Of a stretch of DNA of 24,457 nt, positions 1 to 7,967 are shown piece by piece. The number at the start of each line of letters is the position of its first letter. Positions within the stretch are counted from its first letter, which is position 1. Source of the DNA: a virus (Duplodnaviria; Heunggongvirae; Uroviricota; Caudoviricetes). The stretch lies in IMG/VR virus record IMGVR_UViG_3300035208_005614, positions 64,001-88,457 of that record; one strand, 5' to 3'. Under the pieces are notes generated by a model. That model was not told the DNA's origin. It saw only the letters and a list, made by a program, of their open reading frames with translations, and did no database searches. Made by a program: the position numbers and the translations under genes.

Positions 1-182
1 CCTTGATTATTTGATTGTACTGGTACTCCAAACTTTTGTAAAAGAGCTACTACGATTTGAAGTAATGCTCCTATACCAACAAGAATAAGTCCTGTCTGTG
101 TAGAGGTTGAGATCTGTGTTAGACCTGCACCCATAAGCAAACTTCCTGCCATTGCGATCGTTAAATTCTGATTATTATCCAT
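1..182 (-). CDS. Holin-like two-TM membrane protein, truncated by the window edge (not in ORF track)
   Basis: ATG at 182 overlaps the endolysin stop (ATGGATAA). Hand translation MDNNQNLTIAMAGSLLMGAGLTQISTSTQTGLILVGIGALLQIVVALLQKFGVPVQSNNQ shows two hydrophobic segments. Confidence 0.62.
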   Translation of the reverse strand, partial: MDNNQNLTIAMAGSLLMGAGLTQISTSTQTGLILVGIGALLQIVVALLQKFGVPVQSNNQ

Positions 183-1221
183 ATATTTGTCTTAATATTA
201 TTAAACTCTTCGGACCGACTCTTACTTTCCAAAGATTCTTCTCATTTTGAAAATCATATATACCGTGTGCAACTTGCCACTTTATCGTAGCTTGTGCTGT
301 CAGTGTCAAGAAGTTACCTGTACTTGGAACTGAATTCAACATGAACTTTTCGTACTTAAGTATATCCTGAAAAGATTTTACGTCAAGGTTGTTTCTCATT
401 CCGTAATTTAACGGTGTAAAGAAAGTATGTTTTGGTTTAATTACATCTGCATGATTGTTTGGAAGTGGAAGTAAATAACCCGCTCCATAACATCTTTTTA
501 TAAGGAACGATTCTGTAATAATTCTCTGACCGTTTTCTCCAGCAATAATAGCACTATCTTCTATTCCTAATGCTTTTTCTCCATTATGTAAAAAGAAATC
601 AACTGCTGCTATACCGTGATGTAATGCTGCCGTATCTCCTATTTTTAGATTAGGAAACAATAATGGAGGAACTACATTACCCCACCATTCTTCTCTTGCA
701 AAATATACAACTAATTGGACTGCTTTTCCATCAGCAATTATTGATGCAATTTTATCTATATTTATTGGGACAAAAGCGTAACCTCCTGCGCGATACTTCT
801 CAGCATCTGCCTTCATTTTATCTGTTAAAGTATAAGGTGTATTTATTTGCGTTTCATTTAGATTCTGTGAAGGTAAATCAGCTTCCATACAGACAACTGG
901 TTTGCACATAATTGAAAGACAATCCTGTTGATACATTCCTCCATCTTTATTTACTCTTGCTTGATACAAAGGAGTTGCTGACATTTCATTATAAACCCCT
1001 TCTTCAACGACATTTTCGTTACCTAAAAGTTTTGCTCCTGATTGAGCCATGCAAGAAGAACTCCCATCTTGATTTCTTTTTGACAAGAATTTAATCTCAG
1101 ATGTTGTTTTTTCTTTCCAAGTAAAAGGAACTGCTCTCGCTGTTTCTTCATATTGCCAGTCCTTAGATTTTTCTTGAACTGATCTAGGATCTGGTCTAAC
1201 TCCTAAAAAATTATTTTCCAT
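175..1221 (-). CDS. Putative endolysin: papain-like (C1) cysteine peptidase domain + C-terminal peptidoglycan-binding domain
   Basis: NQDGSSSCMAQS (Gln 6 residues before Cys, as in papain), HHGIAAVDF, GIEDSA. C-terminal LNYGMRNNLDVKSFQDIL...TGNFLTLTAQATIKWQVAHGI...VGPKS fits the PG_binding_1 pattern. Flanked by membrane-protein genes. Confidence 0.72.
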   Translation of the reverse strand: MENNFLGVRPDPRSVQEKSKDWQYEETARAVPFTWKEKTTSEIKFLSKRNQDGSSSCMAQSGAKLLGNENVVEEGVYNEMSATPLYQARVNKDGGMYQQDCLSIMCKPVVCMEADLPSQNLNETQINTPYTLTDKMKADAEKYRAGGYAFVPINIDKIASIIADGKAVQLVVYFAREEWWGNVVPPLLFPNLKIGDTAALHHGIAAVDFFLHNGEKALGIEDSAIIAGENGQRIITESFLIKRCYGAGYLLPLPNNHADVIKPKHTFFTPLNYGMRNNLDVKSFQDILKYEKFMLNSVPSTGNFLTLTAQATIKWQVAHGIYDFQNEKNLWKVRVGPKSLIILRQIYG

Positions 1222-1223
1222 TT

Positions 1224-1553
1224 TTATTTTTTTATTAAAATATCTAATTTTGCATCTATACCTCCCAACTTACATGCCGTCTCTCTTTCATATATAGACT
1301 GGCTTTGAATATGTCCTCTTAAATCAGATTTTACTTCTTGTATATCGTTCTGCATAATCTTAACGACACCGTCTTTCATATCCTGAAAACGGGTATCAAA
1401 TTTATCCGTTATACCTTTGAATTTTTCATCAAATACAGCATCATTTATTTCTGATACTTCTTGAGGCTTTTTTAAGGAATTCATTGCCGCGAAGATCATT
1501 GAGATGATTCCGAGCCCTCCTCCTATCATTGAAATTATTTCTAATATACTCAT
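1224..1553 (-). CDS. Single N-terminal TM protein with coiled-coil tail (holin- or lysis-accessory-like)
   Basis: ILEIISMIGGGLGIISMIFAAM followed by a charged helical segment; lies between fibre and endolysin. Confidence 0.5.
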   Translation of the reverse strand: MSILEIISMIGGGLGIISMIFAAMNSLKKPQEVSEINDAVFDEKFKGITDKFDTRFQDMKDGVVKIMQNDIQEVKSDLRGHIQSQSIYERETACKLGGIDAKLDILIKK

Positions 1554-1562
1554 ATGTTTATT

Positions 1563-1579
1563 ATTATACCTTAGTACTA
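1563..1579 (-). promoter_or_regulatory. Variant of the TAGGACTRTG-N-TAnnnT promoter element
   Basis: Minus strand TAGTACTAAG-G-TATAAT, 9 nt before the ATG at 1553. Confidence 0.55.
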
Positions 1580-1583
1580 TTAA

Positions 1584-4469
1584 TTAGTAAACTAAAATGA
1601 ACTGTTTAATCATAACTGATGTCCCTGGGTTCGTTACCCATGTAGGAGTGACCCAGTTAAATTCAATATAATCACCTTCAGTTACGGCTATGCTAAGCCC
1701 TGTTACTTTAAAAGAAGCAGCATTGACATCGTTGTGAAATGTATTCAATATAACATTATTACCTCCAGCATTAACTTTAAGATTTATTGTTGATGCTTCA
1801 TTCGTAGGTCGTGTCCCTGAATAATAATTATCAAAAATAATGGTTCTTATCGTTCCTGTCTTCAACATTCTATATCTATAAAAACCAGCGCTTGTGCCTA
1901 CAGTAAAACCATTTGATCCAAAATAATAAGTAGTCGCATCAGCAGGTGTAGCAATAGTACTATAACCTTGGTAAACCTGAGTAGCTGGTCCTGTTGGTGG
2001 GTTTGTATATTCTATATCTGTAAACCATCCTTTTGTAACCCTATTTGTCGTATCTCCAATATCTCCATCAATTCTTACTTCTCCATCATCAACCCATACA
2101 GCAAAATTATCTGTTCCTCCAACCATTGCATTTTCAATATAAAGAGTAGAAGTATTTGTGACAGTTGCTGCTCCATTAGTTACAGTTTGAGGTTTAATCG
2201 CTGCTGTTGCAATCATAGGGTGTGTTCCAGAACTTGCTTCAGTAATTGTTCCTGATCCTATTAAGAATTTAGAATAAGAATAATTTGCAGCAAGTGTTCC
2301 AACTGTTCCAGCATTAACTCCTAAAGAATAACTTGTATTAGATGCTCCGTTTAATTGCATTCCAGCGGCTGCACTTGTATAAGTTCCAGTTGAAGAACCG
2401 ACATTAACTGCATAAGGAATATTCATGTAGCTAGAACCATTTATAATTCCAGATGAAGTTATCGTTAAAAGAGATCCAGAATTTGTTGGATAAGCTCCTT
2501 TTTGGAGTCTAATTCCTTCTCCAGATCCTGTTTCAATGTTAACCCATGTATACCAGTTATATGCAGCATTGGCTGGCATTAATTCTAAAGCCCCAGAATT
2601 CGTATTATCTCCTCCTATCTTTAAAAATCCTCCTTGAAGTGTTGGATTACCTGTAAAAGCAGCAGATTCTAATGGTGCATAACCTGACACATCTGGGATA
2701 TCACTTGTCACAGCTATAGTTCCATCTTTATCTGGTATAGTTAAAGATCTGGCTAATGAAAGTCCAGAGGAATCTAAAATCACTCCATAATCACCAGCTA
2801 CACTACCGATAAGAAGTTGGCCTACCCCTACTCCAGATAATTCAACATCATCTAATGTTACAGTTGCTCCACCACTCATTATTATATTATTACCACTCAT
2901 ATCTAAATCATTTACAGAACCAGTATAAGGAACATACAAATCTAAATCAGAAGTTAAAGCAATAGTTCCTGTTTTATTAGGAAATGTAAATATTTGATTA
3001 GAACTTACTTGAGAAATATCTAAAGTAGCATCTCCACCTAAAGGATTCATAAGATAAATATTTCCAATATTATTACTATCATCATATCCAGGTTGTAAAT
3101 AAATTGAACCTGGAAGACCAGATGATGAGTAACCTCCATATAGCCAGACCTGGCCACCTTGACCAGTAGTTCCATCTCCACCTACAATCTCAATATCTTC
3201 TCCAAAACCGTTTGGATTTAATACATCTTCTTGGTTTGCACCAACAATTGACATATTTGTTCCTAATGAACTGATATTTGAACCACCTTCAAATATCAGA
3301 GAATTAAGTCCTAAATTAACATTTGAAGTAGCTCCAGTATAAGGAACAAGTGTTGAAAGGTCTGATATCAAAGCAATCGTTCCTCCTGTAGTATTTGGTA
3401 ATATAAAAGTGTTAATAATGTCAGATTCTACCCCACCAAATAAACTTAAATCAAAATTAGCAACTCTACGATATGGTAAATCATTTAAATATTCAATATC
3501 TAAAAATCCTCTATCTGCATTACCCGTTCCTGCCGTTAACCCTCCATTACCCCCTGCAATTACATCAGTCATTGTTATAGCTGGACTTACTACACCAGGT
3601 TGACCAACTGTATATGGGACAAAATTAGATATATCTGATGTTAAAGCAAAAGTTCCTGTTCCGTTTGGAAAAGTAAAAGTTTGATCAGAGGATAATAAAG
3701 AAATATCAAATAAAGCATTATATTGAAAATCATTTACGGTGTCTACACTTGCTGTTGCTCCACCCATTGTAAGGTTATAAGTTGTTCCAGCAACATATCC
3801 AGTTCCACCACTTCCTAAATGACTCGTTAAAATTCCACCGTTTTCATCAACAGTGTCAACCACTATTCCTCCATTATCTCCACCTCCCATAAAACCTGGA
3901 CCTTCTCCTCCAGTAAAACCTGTTCCTGGGTTAATTATTGTATAAGTAGCAATTTCTCCTAAAATTGTTCTTTGAAAAGTACTTACAGGAACATAACTAG
4001 AAAGATTTGAAGTTAAAGCAATTGTTCCCGTAGCGTCAGGAAAATAAAAAATACGAGGAACGGTCAGGTCCCTGATATTAAGTAATGCTCCTTTTGCTCC
4101 TGAAATACCATTCCCTATATAATTTACATCAGTAAGAAATACAACGTCACCATATGCTGGAGTGTTATTATTATTACTTCCTATAACAGGAATTGTATAA
4201 CCACTTCCACTCGCAAGAGGGACTCCTCCGTTAAAAGAAACATAACCTGTTTTATTTACATCTCCTACAAAACCGTGTCCGTTGTCTCCATATGAAAAAA
4301 ACTCATGATTTTCTATATAAACATCTCCATTTTTCATATCAACTCCACCCGAACTATTAACCACAACTGATTGTTCTGGCGCCGCATCATCATTGGCAAA
4401 GACTCTATGCGAAAATGCATGATCTGGTATATTCAATGGATCTGTTCCTGTTGGTAATTGTACTGTCAT
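1584..4469 (-). CDS. Modular tail/head fibre (receptor-binding) protein
   Basis: 961 aa, G/T/S/N-rich beta-structure composition, five linker repeats, beta-sandwich-like C-terminal domain, position next to lysis genes. Confidence 0.8.
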   Translation of the reverse strand: MTVQLPTGTDPLNIPDHAFSHRVFANDDAAPEQSVVVNSSGGVDMKNGDVYIENHEFFSYGDNGHGFVGDVNKTGYVSFNGGVPLASGSGYTIPVIGSNNNNTPAYGDVVFLTDVNYIGNGISGAKGALLNIRDLTVPRIFYFPDATGTIALTSNLSSYVPVSTFQRTILGEIATYTIINPGTGFTGGEGPGFMGGGDNGGIVVDTVDENGGILTSHLGSGGTGYVAGTTYNLTMGGATASVDTVNDFQYNALFDISLLSSDQTFTFPNGTGTFALTSDISNFVPYTVGQPGVVSPAITMTDVIAGGNGGLTAGTGNADRGFLDIEYLNDLPYRRVANFDLSLFGGVESDIINTFILPNTTGGTIALISDLSTLVPYTGATSNVNLGLNSLIFEGGSNISSLGTNMSIVGANQEDVLNPNGFGEDIEIVGGDGTTGQGGQVWLYGGYSSSGLPGSIYLQPGYDDSNNIGNIYLMNPLGGDATLDISQVSSNQIFTFPNKTGTIALTSDLDLYVPYTGSVNDLDMSGNNIIMSGGATVTLDDVELSGVGVGQLLIGSVAGDYGVILDSSGLSLARSLTIPDKDGTIAVTSDIPDVSGYAPLESAAFTGNPTLQGGFLKIGGDNTNSGALELMPANAAYNWYTWVNIETGSGEGIRLQKGAYPTNSGSLLTITSSGIINGSSYMNIPYAVNVGSSTGTYTSAAAGMQLNGASNTSYSLGVNAGTVGTLAANYSYSKFLIGSGTITEASSGTHPMIATAAIKPQTVTNGAATVTNTSTLYIENAMVGGTDNFAVWVDDGEVRIDGDIGDTTNRVTKGWFTDIEYTNPPTGPATQVYQGYSTIATPADATTYYFGSNGFTVGTSAGFYRYRMLKTGTIRTIIFDNYYSGTRPTNEASTINLKVNAGGNNVILNTFHNDVNAASFKVTGLSIAVTEGDYIEFNWVTPTWVTNPGTSVMIKQFILVY
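2675..4050 (-). repeat. Five dispersed protein repeats (F/I/L)P(D/N)x(T/D)G(G)T(I/F)A(L/V)xS(D/N)...(V/A)P within the fibre
   Basis: FPDATGTIALTSNLSSYVP, FPNGTGTFALTSDISNFVP, LPNTTGGTIALISDLSTLVP, FPNKTGTIALTSDLDLYVP, IPDKDGTIAVTSDIPDVSGYAP near 4020, 3645, 3375, 2955 and 2710. Confidence 0.85.
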
Positions 4470-4478
4470 ATTTTAAAA

Positions 4479-4727
4479 TTATAATTGGCCTGGACCAACT
4501 GATCTCCCCGCAACTTTGTCATGCACATTTATTTCTAATATAGAAGGATCTTTTTCTTTGACTTCTTCTTTAACGACCTCTTGGGTAGGAACGTTAGTTT
4601 TAAATTCAAAAGAAATATCTTTCCCTGGAAGAATATCTTCTCCAGCTATTTGCACTCCGTCTAGATACAACTTACCCTTACTAAAGAGAAGTTTATGTGT
4701 TTGTCCATCATTTAAATTATTATTCAT
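4479..4727 (-). CDS. Small hypothetical protein (82 aa) upstream of the fibre
   Basis: ORF track; directly follows an exact promoter element and fills the gap before the fibre gene. Confidence 0.65.
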   Translation of the reverse strand: MNNNLNDGQTHKLLFSKGKLYLDGVQIAGEDILPGKDISFEFKTNVPTQEVVKEEVKEKDPSILEINVHDKVAGRSVGPGQL

Positions 4728-4733
4728 TCCTAT

Positions 4734-4750
4734 ATTTTATCACAGTCCTA
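4734..4750 (-). promoter_or_regulatory. TAGGACTRTG-N-TAnnnT promoter element
   Basis: TAGGACTGTG-A-TAAAAT, 6 nt before the ATG at 4727. Confidence 0.8.
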
Positions 4751-4755
4751 GACAT

Positions 4756-4785
4756 AAAAAAATACCTCATTTCTGAGGTATTTTT
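4756..4785 (-). terminator. Rho-independent terminator after the glycosyltransferase gene
   Basis: Minus strand ATACCTCA-GAAA-TGAGGTAT followed by a T run; the A/T flanks make it potentially bidirectional. Confidence 0.85.
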
Positions 4786-4791
4786 AGTATA

Positions 4792-5736
4792 TTACTTGAT
4801 TTCCTTAGGTTTAACTCCTTTAACTGGAGCATTGTGTCTTGGAACACCTCCTAATGGATACATTCTACCCGCGTTATCAATATGTTGCACTAAGATATTT
4901 GTATCTACCAAGAATGGATATTTCATCTTCTGGAATTTAGGCCATCCTGCTTTTACGAAGATATTATCTCTCATAACTCTTTTACAGAAATTAAGATCTG
5001 TTGTTCCTCTTGTATAAGCGAATCTAGCACTACCTTCTGTATCTTCAGGTTTGTTGTCAAATCCCATATTACCTTTATTAAAGTTAGGTAATTCGAACAC
5101 TTTTCTAGTGACTTGTCCACCTATTGTGTATTCTTCACTTTCGTTCCAAATAGCTTTAATTATAGATCCATGGATAAGAGTAAAACCGAAAGGTATTCCA
5201 TCTGCCCAAACCTTATCTCCTAGTTTGAAGTCTCTAAAAGATCCATTACCTCTTCCTCTATACAAAATAGGTTCTGGAGGTACTGATTTTGTGTAGTAAA
5301 GACCAGAAATTATCGGTATTTTAGCTGAAGTCATGTACTCATTTAGTCTCACAAAAGCGTCTTGTGGAATGACATTATCTTGTTCTATTGACAAAAACCA
5401 CTCAAAATCACCTTCTACGACAGTCTTTGCAATCAAGTTCTCAGCATCTGGGAGTTGATATTCTATCGGTGCATATGTGTTTAACCACTGAATCATCTCT
5501 ACCTGAGACCAGTTTGTGGGTATAATCTGCCCATATTTGGCCATTACCCACTCAATTCTACACAAACCAGTACTTGGAACAGCTATAAGGATTCTATTCG
5601 TCCAGACCCCGTTTTTTGAGTCTGGGTTCTTGTCACATTCATGTCTTATTTGACCCTGAAGTGAATAATCGCTTCTTTGTTTCTTAACAGGGACGTTTTT
5701 GGTCAAATTATGACCTAGATTATTGATTTTTTTCAT
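4792..5736 (-). CDS. GT-A fold glycosyltransferase (GT2/Anp1-like) with atypical motifs
   Basis: RILIAVPS, EWFLSIEQDNVIPQDAF (DxD position), PIISGLYYTK, DGIPFGFTLIH, TTDLNFCKRV, VDTNILVQHID. Confidence 0.75.
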   Translation of the reverse strand: MKKINNLGHNLTKNVPVKKQRSDYSLQGQIRHECDKNPDSKNGVWTNRILIAVPSTGLCRIEWVMAKYGQIIPTNWSQVEMIQWLNTYAPIEYQLPDAENLIAKTVVEGDFEWFLSIEQDNVIPQDAFVRLNEYMTSAKIPIISGLYYTKSVPPEPILYRGRGNGSFRDFKLGDKVWADGIPFGFTLIHGSIIKAIWNESEEYTIGGQVTRKVFELPNFNKGNMGFDNKPEDTEGSARFAYTRGTTDLNFCKRVMRDNIFVKAGWPKFQKMKYPFLVDTNILVQHIDNAGRMYPLGGVPRHNAPVKGVKPKEIK

Positions 5737-5737
5737 A

Positions 5738-6319
5738 TTATTTAGTTAATTTAGTGTGTTTCTTTAAATCAGACAAATAATCTACATCAACTGCGTGTTC
5801 TTTAGTTATTTCTCTTTTTACAAGGACAACTTCAATATTTCCATCAGTATGCCATGTATTAATTTTGATTCTCCAAGGAAGAGGTGAATATACTCTATAT
5901 AAACCGCCTTTGTAAAAATTATCTTCTGGGTCAAAATATGACCAAGTTTCCTCGTTAATAAAATTAACGTGAGTTGGATCCCTAAACATACCCATTGAAG
6001 TAGCATAAGGAGCCCCGATGATAAATTCCCCACCTGGTTTTAGTATTCTCCAAACTTCATTCATAAACTTTATAAAAATTCCATGTGATGGGTTTATGTG
6101 TTCGATCACATGAGTTGAAACTGCTGTATTAAATGTTTCTGATGGGATTGCCCATGGGAAAACTTCCAAATCTTGTACTAAATCTACTCCTGGCAATTTT
6201 CTGTAATCTATTCCAAACCAATTCTCACCTTGTTTATTTCCACCGCATCCTATGTCAACGTATGACATTTTTCTTTTAGCGATGATCTTTTTCATTTCAT
6301 CCAATTTTTTCATATTCAT
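5738..6319 (-). CDS. Class I SAM-dependent methyltransferase (type 11-like)
   Basis: YVDIGCGG motif I, THVIEH, EVWRILKPGG, RDPTH. An alternative start is possible at 6313. Confidence 0.85.
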   Translation of the reverse strand: MNMKKLDEMKKIIAKRKMSYVDIGCGGNKQGENWFGIDYRKLPGVDLVQDLEVFPWAIPSETFNTAVSTHVIEHINPSHGIFIKFMNEVWRILKPGGEFIIGAPYATSMGMFRDPTHVNFINEETWSYFDPEDNFYKGGLYRVYSPLPWRIKINTWHTDGNIEVVLVKREITKEHAVDVDYLSDLKKHTKLTK

Positions 6320-6340
6320 ATATAAAATTAACTAATAAAA

Positions 6341-6386
6341 TACACCTACTATTAGTAAGTGTACTTTATTGCTTTTCACATGTCAA
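6341..6386 (-). promoter_or_regulatory. Sigma70-type promoter with overlapping 23-bp imperfect palindrome
   Basis: TTGACA (6386-6381), 17 bp spacer, TACACT (6363-6358). Palindrome TACAC-c-TACT-att-AGTA-a-GTGTA at 6341-6363. Confidence 0.75.
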
Positions 6387-6396
6387 GCTATCAAAA

Positions 6397-6894
6397 CTAA
6401 ACGCTTGCGAATCTAATTTGATATGTAGCATTCACGGATTGGTTTGTAGCACATGAAGAAGAAGCGAAGGTATTTCCTGCAAAGAGGGTACCAACGTTTG
6501 TTGTTGATGTGTTATATAGACCGATACATGAGATGTTTGCTGTCGTTGTTACGAAGCTAGCTGCAGATGCAAAAGCACCTGTAAATTGAGCTGTACCTGA
6601 TGCCACAATTGAAGAAGAAACTGCTGCTCTTCCGCTTGTTGAGTGAGTTAATTCACCAATAAGGGCTGTTGCGGCTGCTCCTACTACAGTACCAGTTCCA
6701 AGCGCCATGTAAGTGATGCTCTTTCCTGCTCCTGAAGTTAGCCAGTCAACAATGTACTGTCTAATTCCAAGGTCTGTGACTTGGTTTTGTTGCCATCCTG
6801 AGTCTCCAACTACACCCTTTCCATCTTCGGTAAGTTGAACTCTGAAAAACCCCTTAACCTTCAAGCCATCTGAATGAGATTTATTTTTTGCCAT
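6397..6894 (-). CDS. Putative virion structural protein (fibre/baseplate N-terminal-like small beta protein)
   Basis: QNQVTDLG...YMALGTGT...TALIGEL...R...ISCIGLYN...GTLFA pattern recalled from phage structural genes; A/T/S/G-rich. Confidence 0.5.
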   Translation of the reverse strand: MAKNKSHSDGLKVKGFFRVQLTEDGKGVVGDSGWQQNQVTDLGIRQYIVDWLTSGAGKSITYMALGTGTVVGAAATALIGELTHSTSGRAAVSSSIVASGTAQFTGAFASAASFVTTTANISCIGLYNTSTTNVGTLFAGNTFASSSCATNQSVNATYQIRFASV

Positions 6895-7023
6895 AATTTT
6901 TCTAAAAAGTTCTATTAAAAATACTAATCTAGATTAACATTTTGTCTACAAGTTCGACCTAGTAACCAAAATATTTTATTGAAATATACATATTCATTTT
7001 TTAAATTGTTTTTAACATCTATC

Positions 7024-7029
7024 ATTATA
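7024..7029 (-). promoter_or_regulatory. Possible -10 box just downstream of the terminator
   Basis: TATAAT, about 130 nt upstream of the ATG at 6894; no convincing -35 box. Confidence 0.3.
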
Positions 7030-7039
7030 CAACACATAT

Positions 7040-7072
7040 AAAAAAAAGAAAAGCAAGCCTTTAGACTTGCTT
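7040..7072 (-). terminator. Rho-independent terminator after the lectin-like genes
   Basis: AAGCAAGTC-TAAA-GGCTTGCTT (one G-U pair) followed by TTC and a T run. Confidence 0.8.
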
Positions 7073-7089
7073 AACTTAAAACATCTAAA

Positions 7090-7944
7090 TTAGTCTCCAA
7101 ATGGTGGATCATATGTTAAATCTTCTGCCATTGATAGGTTATCTACTGTGTTTATTTCACTATCTGATACTGGTGACGTTACTAGATCCTCCGAGATACT
7201 AATTGCATCTACATCTGATATAGGATTAACTGGTAAATTCATAACTACGGCTTCTGAAATAGAAACTGCCTGGACTTGACTATCCGCCTCATCATCTACC
7301 ATCGCAGTAACAATATTCTCTGTTATTCTTACCTTGTCTGATTCTTTAACGATCATCTCAAAACTTGAATCTGCGTTACCCTCACTCATTACAAAACCCT
7401 GAATACCTTTAACTTCAATATAGTCTATAAGCATTAGATCTGGAGCATCTGTAGTTGCATATAAACTCATTGGTGATCCTGGAATCAACTTTACTGGAAC
7501 TCCTAAATTATATGTATCATTAAATACTGCTTTAAATTGTTTATTTATGAAAAATGTTGCTGTTCCAGCTTCCCATTTGATTCTGAATTCTGTGTCTACA
7601 TCGGTCCAATCATCATCCCAATCTATAACTGCTGAGGATGCTATTGTTGTCCCATTTGAACATTCTGCCGTTAACACACCGTCTACTATTTGGAATAAAA
7701 GATATGCGTTTTTATTGTATTGAATAAAACCGAATCTAGAGTTATCCCCCAAGACTGGTTTTGCTATATTGATACTAAAGACAGCATCACCACGAAGAAT
7801 ATCTCCATAATGAATAATGGCTGCTTTTGTTAATTGTAATTGCCCACCAACGATATCTGCGTCTCCGTAAACTAATCTCCAGGTATCTAGGTCAAAACCT
7901 TCTTGGGCTGGATCGTATGTAAAATTAATGTATTGATTTGACAT
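7090..7944 (-). CDS. ConA/LamG-like beta-sandwich protein with acidic C-terminal repeats (paralog of 7965-8531)
   Basis: FRIKWEAGTATFFIN strand pattern typical of ConA-like domains; four repeats of 21-22 aa at the C-terminus. Confidence 0.55.
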   Translation of the reverse strand: MSNQYINFTYDPAQEGFDLDTWRLVYGDADIVGGQLQLTKAAIIHYGDILRGDAVFSINIAKPVLGDNSRFGFIQYNKNAYLLFQIVDGVLTAECSNGTTIASSAVIDWDDDWTDVDTEFRIKWEAGTATFFINKQFKAVFNDTYNLGVPVKLIPGSPMSLYATTDAPDLMLIDYIEVKGIQGFVMSEGNADSSFEMIVKESDKVRITENIVTAMVDDEADSQVQAVSISEAVVMNLPVNPISDVDAISISEDLVTSPVSDSEINTVDNLSMAEDLTYDPPFGD

Positions 7945-7950
7945 GATTAT

Positions 7951-7967
7951 ATCTTAACATAGTCCTA
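7951..7967 (-). promoter_or_regulatory. TAGGACTRTG-N-TAnnnT promoter element
   Basis: TAGGACTATG-T-TAAGAT, 6 nt before the ATG at 7944; its TAG is the stop codon of the upstream gene. Confidence 0.8.

Noticed and set aside
1584-1900. Diversity-generating retroelement target at the fibre C-terminus
   Set aside because: No reverse transcriptase and no near-identical template repeat differing at adenines seen in this window; cannot be excluded elsewhere in the genome
3297-3313. TAGGACT inside the fibre gene
   Set aside because: Followed by TAATTC rather than RTG-N-TAnnnT; probably a chance partial match
6895-7023. Long A/T-rich spacer with a 12-codon mini-ORF (MNMYISIKYFGY) as a leader peptide or ncRNA
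   Set aside because: No stable structure or regulatory codon run; compatible with background
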